Positions 57,866 through 64,000 of a DNA stretch of 64,000 bases are shown here, piece by piece. Where the stretch lies: assembly GCF_009914755.1 (NCBI RefSeq), contig NC_060931.1. One strand, 5' to 3'. This DNA comes from the human T2T-CHM13v2.0 reference genome, Homo sapiens. A model generated the notes under the pieces. It saw only the letters and a program-made list of their open reading frames with translations. It did no database searches and was not told the origin of the DNA. Position numbers and translations under genes: made by a program. How positions within the stretch are numbered: position 1 is the stretch's first letter; every line of letters begins with the position of its first letter.

Positions 57866-59830
57866 TGTATGTTTTTCTTTTAAAATAATATATGCTCTTA
57901 AAATTTTAATAACAAAAAGAAAAAAAGCAGAAAAATTACCTATAACCCCAGCACCATGGGATAGCTATTTTTAATCTTTTTATTTTCATTTAAAAAATTT
58001 GCTGCATTTACATCAAAAGATTTTGCATCCTTTTTTTTTGGCAAAACAATATATAGTAAGTAGTTCCCAATGAAATAAAAAATTCTTTATAAACATCATT
58101 TTTAAAGATTTATATAATATTTCAGTGTATAAATATACTGTAATGTGCTTAAACATTTTCTAATGTCTGTTTAGGTCTTCCCTTGCCCTTCCATTATTTG
58201 CCACAAAGTTGCTATGAACATCTTAGAGACAAATCTTTGTTGATATGTTAAGAAATTCCCAGGAATACCTAGAAGAATTACTAGGTGCAAATGTATATTC
58301 TAACTAAAGTCAATGATATGCAAATTATTTTTCAGAAAGAGTGTTCCAACCAATTGTGCTGGTACCAGCAGTTTGTGAAAGTATTTAAACTATCTATTTT
58401 ACCTCATTCTTGCCAGAATTGAGTAGTACCATTAAAAACAGAAATAATCAAAGAAGCAAAAACTTATTTGATAGGTAAAAAATGGGGCCATTTTGATTTT
58501 AATCTGCATTTCTTTGATTACTAATGAGGTTTACTTCTAAAACTATGTTTTCAAGAAAAACTTAAAAATTTTGCCTTTTCTCTTTAGCGAGTGATCATAT
58601 GTTTGGTTCATTAATGTGTTGAGGGGTGTTTTTTTTTTCTTATTTTATGTGCTTTTTTATACACCGAACTCTCCTGGTAAAGTTTAGTTATTTTTCACAT
58701 AAGTTCAACAGTCTTTAAAGTTCATTTCTAGGTATTACATCTTTTGTTTTTTGTTGCTGTAATGCAAAAGGAACTTTGTACATTGTATTTTCTAACTTGT
58801 TATTACTGCCATACATAAAGGTGATAGAGTTTTATATATTCACGTTTAAAAAGATTTTCATTTGATCCTGTTGGAATTTTTAGGCATATTCTCATTTGTT
58901 GTCTGCAAAGAAAGATTCCTTTTTTCCAAGATTTATCCTCTTGTTTCTTATTTGAAGAAGGTAAGGCATGAATAAAATAAATACTCACATAATTACATGC
59001 ACACACAATACACATATACATACATATACACATACGTAAATCACCATGTGAAGATATAGTAAGTCTTCCTTATTTCACTGTACCTTCAAGCTGGAGTTCT
59101 TGTCTGAAGAAATTTTTTATGCTTTATAGAGTGTTCCTTTATGGATGTCTTATACTGGTTAAAGCTTCCAGAACAATATCAAATAACGGTTATGATATTG
59201 GATATCGTATACTTTGTTTCTTACTTTAATAGTGATATCTGTAATATGTCCTTGTTAAGTATAATAGCTCTAGGCTTAAATTATATCATTAGAGATGAGC
59301 TGGGAATTTCATCAAATGTGTATTCTGCATATGTCATCATGATCTTATGGTTTATTTTTTATTGGCTTATTGATCTGATACTTTTTATTCACTAATAATA
59401 ATTTTTTTGCATTTTGGGAATAATTTTATTTGGTCATGGTGGATTTTTCTTTGAAAGTTAAGCTGATTAAATTTGCTAGTATTTTATATAGAATTAGTAT
59501 TGATATTGAAAATAATGAGACTAATGTGTAGTTTTCCTGTTTAAAACTTTTTTGGTCAGGTTTTGGGGTCAGAATTGGTTATGCTAGATTCCCAAAGTGA
59601 ATTGGGTCACTTTTAATCTTTTTCTATGCCCTAAAAAAATAATGTAGCCTGGGAATTATCTGTTCCTTCAAGCATTTGGATATGTATCTATAAAATATTT
59701 TAACTTAGACCTGTTATGACAGGTGATTATTTGATAACTTTTTCAGTTTCTTCTGGAGTTATTGGCCTCTTCAGGCTCATATTTTTAGGCTCAGTTTTGG
59801 AAGATTATTTTTCCCCTACCTTTATTTTCC
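57866..59830 (-). mobile_element. Old L1M (L1MC/ME-like) fragment containing a duplicated insert
   Basis: TTTTAATCTGCATTTCTTTGATTACTAATGAGG; AAGCTTCCAGAACAAT; TTTGCTAGTATTTTAT; GGAATTATCTGTTCCTT. Confidence 0.8.
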
Positions 59831-59954
59831 CTCAGGTCTGTGATACTCTACTATTTAATACATTAGGTTCATGTCTGTTATAATGCTATTGTGAGTTATA
59901 CTTTAATAAATGTAAAATGATCCACACTCCAATTTAATGACGCTTGCCTTGACT

Positions 59955-60156
59955 TTTTTCTTCCTTTCCTTTCCCTTTCCTTCTTTCTTTCTCTTTCTTT
60001 TCTCTTTCTCTTCCTTCCTTCCTTTCCTTTCCTTTCCTCTCCTCTCCTTTTCTTTCTTTTTCTTTCTTTCCTTTCTTTCTTTTCCTTTTCTCTCTTTCTT
60101 TCTTTCCTTCTTTCTTTCTTTCCCCTTTCCTTTCCTTTTCATTTTTCCTTTTCTTT

Positions 60157-60211
<55 letters not shown>

Positions 60212-60355
60212 CTCTCTCTCTCTCTTTCTCTTTCCTCTCTTTTCTCTCTCTCTTTCTTCCCTTTCCCTCCCCTCCCCTCCCCCCCTCCCTTCCTTCCTTT
60301 CTTTCTTGCTTCCCCCCACCATCTCTCTCTCTCTCTCTGCCTTGCCTTGCCTTTC
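59955..60355. repeat. About 400-bp polypyrimidine tract ((TTTC)n, (TTTCC)n, (CT)n) expanded from the Alu tail
   Basis: Almost exclusively C/T on the plus strand. Confidence 0.95.
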
Positions 60356-60638
<283 letters not shown>

Positions 60639-61134
60639 TGACTTCTTTCTAGTTTGCTAATTATATTGCTTTACCTGCTAACTTCTGTCTTTCATCCTTC
60701 TCCTTTTCCTTCTGTCTTTCCTCCTTCCTTAGCTTACCTTTTGGTATTGTTCTGATACAGTAGTAACTGACTTATAATCTGAAGAGATTGAGACACAATT
60801 ATAAATAGCTTTTTTTTTTCCTCTTAGATCTCTGCCTTCAAAAGTACCCTGCATATTTCCCTTCCCTAGTTCCTGATGATATTTTGGATAAAAATGTCTA
60901 TTTCAGTCTAATATAAAACTCTAATATCTCATCGATTTGCACTTCCCCACTGTGTCCCCCTAACCCAAGCTCAGGACATTGATGAGACAGGCAGGGTCTG
61001 TTTCTCACTGTTCCTTTTTCTTTTTGTGGCTCTTTTGGGGTGGTGGTGTGTGTATAGGAGAAGCAATGAGAGAAAAAGTCCTGAAACTTGAAGAACATAG
61101 TAATCCTATGTTGTAGTGATGTCTTGTCTCATAT

Positions 61135-61593
61135 CATCTGGCCTTAGGTAGTTTCTGTGTGGTAGGACCCAATAGGATGTGTGTGTGTGTGTGCGTGCGC
61201 ACACACACACAGAGAGAAAGAGAGAGAGACAGAAATTAATTTTAAGGAATTGGTTTATGTAATTGTAGAGAGCCAGTAAGTCCAAAGTCTGCAGGGCAGG
61301 CCAGTAGGCCAAGGAGCCAGGAAAAAGTAGATGCTCCAGTTTGAGCTTGCAGGCAGTCACCTGGTAGAATTCCCTCTTTCTTGGGGGATATCAGTCTTTT
61401 CTCTCCTTAGGCCTTCAACTGATTGGATGAAGTCCGTCCACATTATGAAGGGTAATCGGCTTTACTCAAAGTACATTGATGGAAATACTAATCTCATCTA
61501 AAAATACTTTCAGAAAAACATCTAGAATAGTGCTTGATTGAATGCCTGAGCACTGTGGCCTCTCCAAGTTGGCACATCAAATTGACCATCACA
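61135..61593 (-). mobile_element. MLT2 (ERVL) LTR with (GT)n(CA)n
   Basis: GGCCTTCAACTGATTGGATGAAG...CCAAGTTGGCACATCAAATTGACCATCACA; same family as 15810-16173. Confidence 0.87.
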
Positions 61594-62635
61594 GACCCAG
61601 TGCATAATTCTTTTGTCTCTGTGACCTTCTCCCCACAGCTCTCACCCCTGCAGTACGCTTCTTTCCGTTGGGTTTCCTCCGCCTGTAAGTCACCTTTCTT
61701 GAAGGGGTATCTTCAAGAAGACCCAAGCCTGCCTAGCTTTCCTGGTGTCCTCCTGGCCATAGGAAACTCTCCTGTTTTTGTCTCACTGCACCGTTACCTC
61801 TTCTTTTCCATACCATTCTACTCCAGCCAGGTTCCAGCTTTCATCATTCTCCAGAGAAGACATCTCCATTTTCACATAAGCTCCCCAACTCTCAAGAAGA
61901 CATGTCAAACTTCAAAGAACTTTTTTTACTATGTGCTCCCATGCTCTGATGGCAACATCTAAATAGGTTTACAAGTTTCTGAAGTTCAGCATGTGAAGGG
62001 GTCAATGGGGGAACTGAGATGCAGATCCCCTTTTCTTGAGGACACCTCTAATTTGGTTTCACAGAGCTGGGAGATGGTGCTCCCTCCTCTCCTCCACAAA
62101 GAGAAAAGCCACGGCACACTTCCTCACTGCGGCCCCCTCTAAAATCTTTCTCTATTCAACTAACGTTCTTTTGAGTTATTTTCCTTTATGTGATCTGGTT
62201 GCCATACAGAGGATGAAGCCCTCTTTTATAATATAAACCCTGAAGGGCATGTATGGCAGGTTCTTAATGTTCTCTTTGGAATTTGATGCTACATAGCTTC
62301 TAATATACTGAATTTTGGGACTCTAAACAACATTCTAAAACAATAGGAAAAGTCTTTCCAATATCATGATGTGATCATCATTGCTGTTTCTTTTATTTTT
62401 AATCTTTTTAAAATTTCACTTAACTTTTATAAATAGAGATTTGTATTTTAAAATATTCCAATGTGTGGAAATGTTTCTTGTAATAAAAGGGAATATTCCC
62501 TTTAATTTTTCTCATGCACCTATATTTGGTTTTTCCTCACTTAGTTTATGCTGTTTTTCTATCCCCTTGTGCTTTCTACTGTTTTCTGTCTTTGATTACA
62601 TGTACTGAGTGATTATTTTGTTTTTTAAATCGTGG

Positions 62636-62743
62636 TTTTTAAAATTTTTTAAATTTAAGTTCCAGGATACATGTGGAGAACGTGCAGGTTTGTTACATAG
62701 GTACATGTGTGCCATGGTGGTTTGCTGCACCTATTGACCCATC
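62636..62743 (-). mobile_element. Very short L1PA 3' terminus with TSD
   Basis: AAGTTCCAGGATACATGTGGAGAACGTGCAGGTTTGTTACATAGGT; flanks TAAATCGTGGTTTT / TAAATTGTGTTTT. Confidence 0.88.
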
Positions 62744-62866
62744 TAAATTGTGTTTTAAAAATTAAATGATTTGCCTTTATTTGTGGTAGTGATTGCCTTT
62801 AATATTATCAAATATCTAATTAAACTTTCTCCCTTTATTGAAATCAAGAACAGAATTATAACTTCT

Positions 62867-63161
62867 TTTGTTTTTTTTCTTGGGACAGTTTCACTCTTAT
62901 TGTCCAGGCTGGAGTACAATGGCATGATCTTGGCTCACTGCAGCCTCCGCCTCCTGGGTTCAAGTGATTCTCCTGCCTCAGCCTCCCGAGTAGCTGGGAT
63001 TGCAGGCATCTGCTGCGATGCCTGGCTAATTTTTGTATTTTTAGTAGAGATAGGGTTTCGCCATGTTGACCAGGCTGGTCTTGAACTCCTGGCCTCCGGT
63101 GATCTGCCCGCCTCGGCCTCCCAAAGTGTTGAGATTATAGGCATGAGCCACCGTGCCTGGC
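62867..63161 (-). mobile_element. AluS/Jb with TSD
   Basis: TSD GAATTATAACTTCT (62853-62866) / GAATTATAACCTCT (63165-63178). Confidence 0.94.
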
Positions 63162-63399
63162 TTGGAATTATAACCTCTGACTCCTTCCTTTGCCCAGCGA
63201 AGAATTTAGTCTGTCTCATGCTTTTAAGTTCCCATCCTTTCCCGTTGGGTCCTTTAAGGGCTGGTTAATTTAAATGGATATAACAAAGCCACATTTTTAT
63301 TAAATATCATTTATTGTTTTAACCATGGAAATTATTTTTTAAGACTTATTGGTACTTTGGATTTTGAATTGAATTTTTCAAGCATTTTAACAAATTTTG

Positions 63400-63860
63400 T
63401 GCTTACTACCAGTATATTTATGTTATCATTTTTACTTTCTTGCATTTATAATTTTGATTCATCACTTGTTTACTTATATTGTTTTTGATTAAGCTTTCAG
63501 GAAGGCTATTGTTATACTTTCACAATTTCTGTATAGCTAGATAAATCTTTTTACTATTTTCACATCCAAATGAAGTTTTTCTGTATTTTAAATTCTTGAG
63601 TCAAAACAATAATTTCTCAAAATTCTGTAAACATTGTTTCATTGCACAGTGATGTTTAGTATTTCTAAGAAATCTAACGTAAGATGGACATTTTTCTGTT
63701 CGAAGGTTCCTCGTATATTTTCTCTTCCATTGACATTTAAAACTTTCACTGGGTTAGACCTAAGTGTAGGTCTTTTAAATTAGCTTTCTTAGAATTAATC
63801 TTTCTTTAAAAAAAATCTTCAGATTGGGCATTCTGATTTCAGAGAATTTTACTAATCCAG
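63400..63860 (-). mobile_element. Old L1M fragment
   Basis: AAATTCTTGAGTCAAAAC...AAAATTCTGTAAACATTGTTTCATTG, similar to the 17300 region. Confidence 0.55.
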
Positions 63861-64000
63861 GGATTTTACCGATAGTATTCATTAAAATATTTTTGAATTT
63901 AAAGAGAACTCAAACTCAAGTTTGCTTAAACAACAAAGTGTTATGTTAGATAAAAAGCTGAATGGTGCAGAGACAGGAAGGTGTTTAGGTGTCACATACC

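Noticed and set aside
62486-62503. Perfect 18-bp palindrome AAAGGGAATATTCCCTTT (also 16 bp at 36349-36364 and 14 bp at 10101-10114)
   Set aside because: Palindromes with 7-9 bp arms are expected by chance roughly once or more in 64 kb.

Overview
Primate (very probably human or great ape) non-coding DNA, either intergenic or deep intronic. It is AT-rich and CpG-depleted, and I found no credible protein-coding exon, RNA gene or CpG island. The longer ORFs in the track are Alu-, L2-, LTR- or microsatellite-derived; the rest are short chance-length frames. Much of the window is recognisable interspersed repeat: about 17 Alu/FAM elements, L1 and L2 fragments, MIRs, MaLR/ERVL/ERV1 solo LTRs and hAT/TcMar DNA transposons, many with visible target-site duplications (TSDs) and nested insertions. 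The structure that repeat annotation does not explain is (i) three short local duplications (about 120-280 bp, roughly 80-85% identical, 1-2.2 kb from their source), two pasted into L1 elements and one inverted; (ii) several perfect non-repeat hairpins that look like template-switch scars; (iii) a TSD-bounded, 5'-inverted L1 carrying nested Alus and a copy of neighbouring DNA; and (iv) a few repeat-free, motif-rich segments that could be enhancers. I found no evidence of a new gene system. The best candidate for novelty is the cluster of locally templated insertions. Subfamily names come from remembered consensus sequences and need RepeatMasker/Dfam confirmation; identities were counted or estimated by eye.
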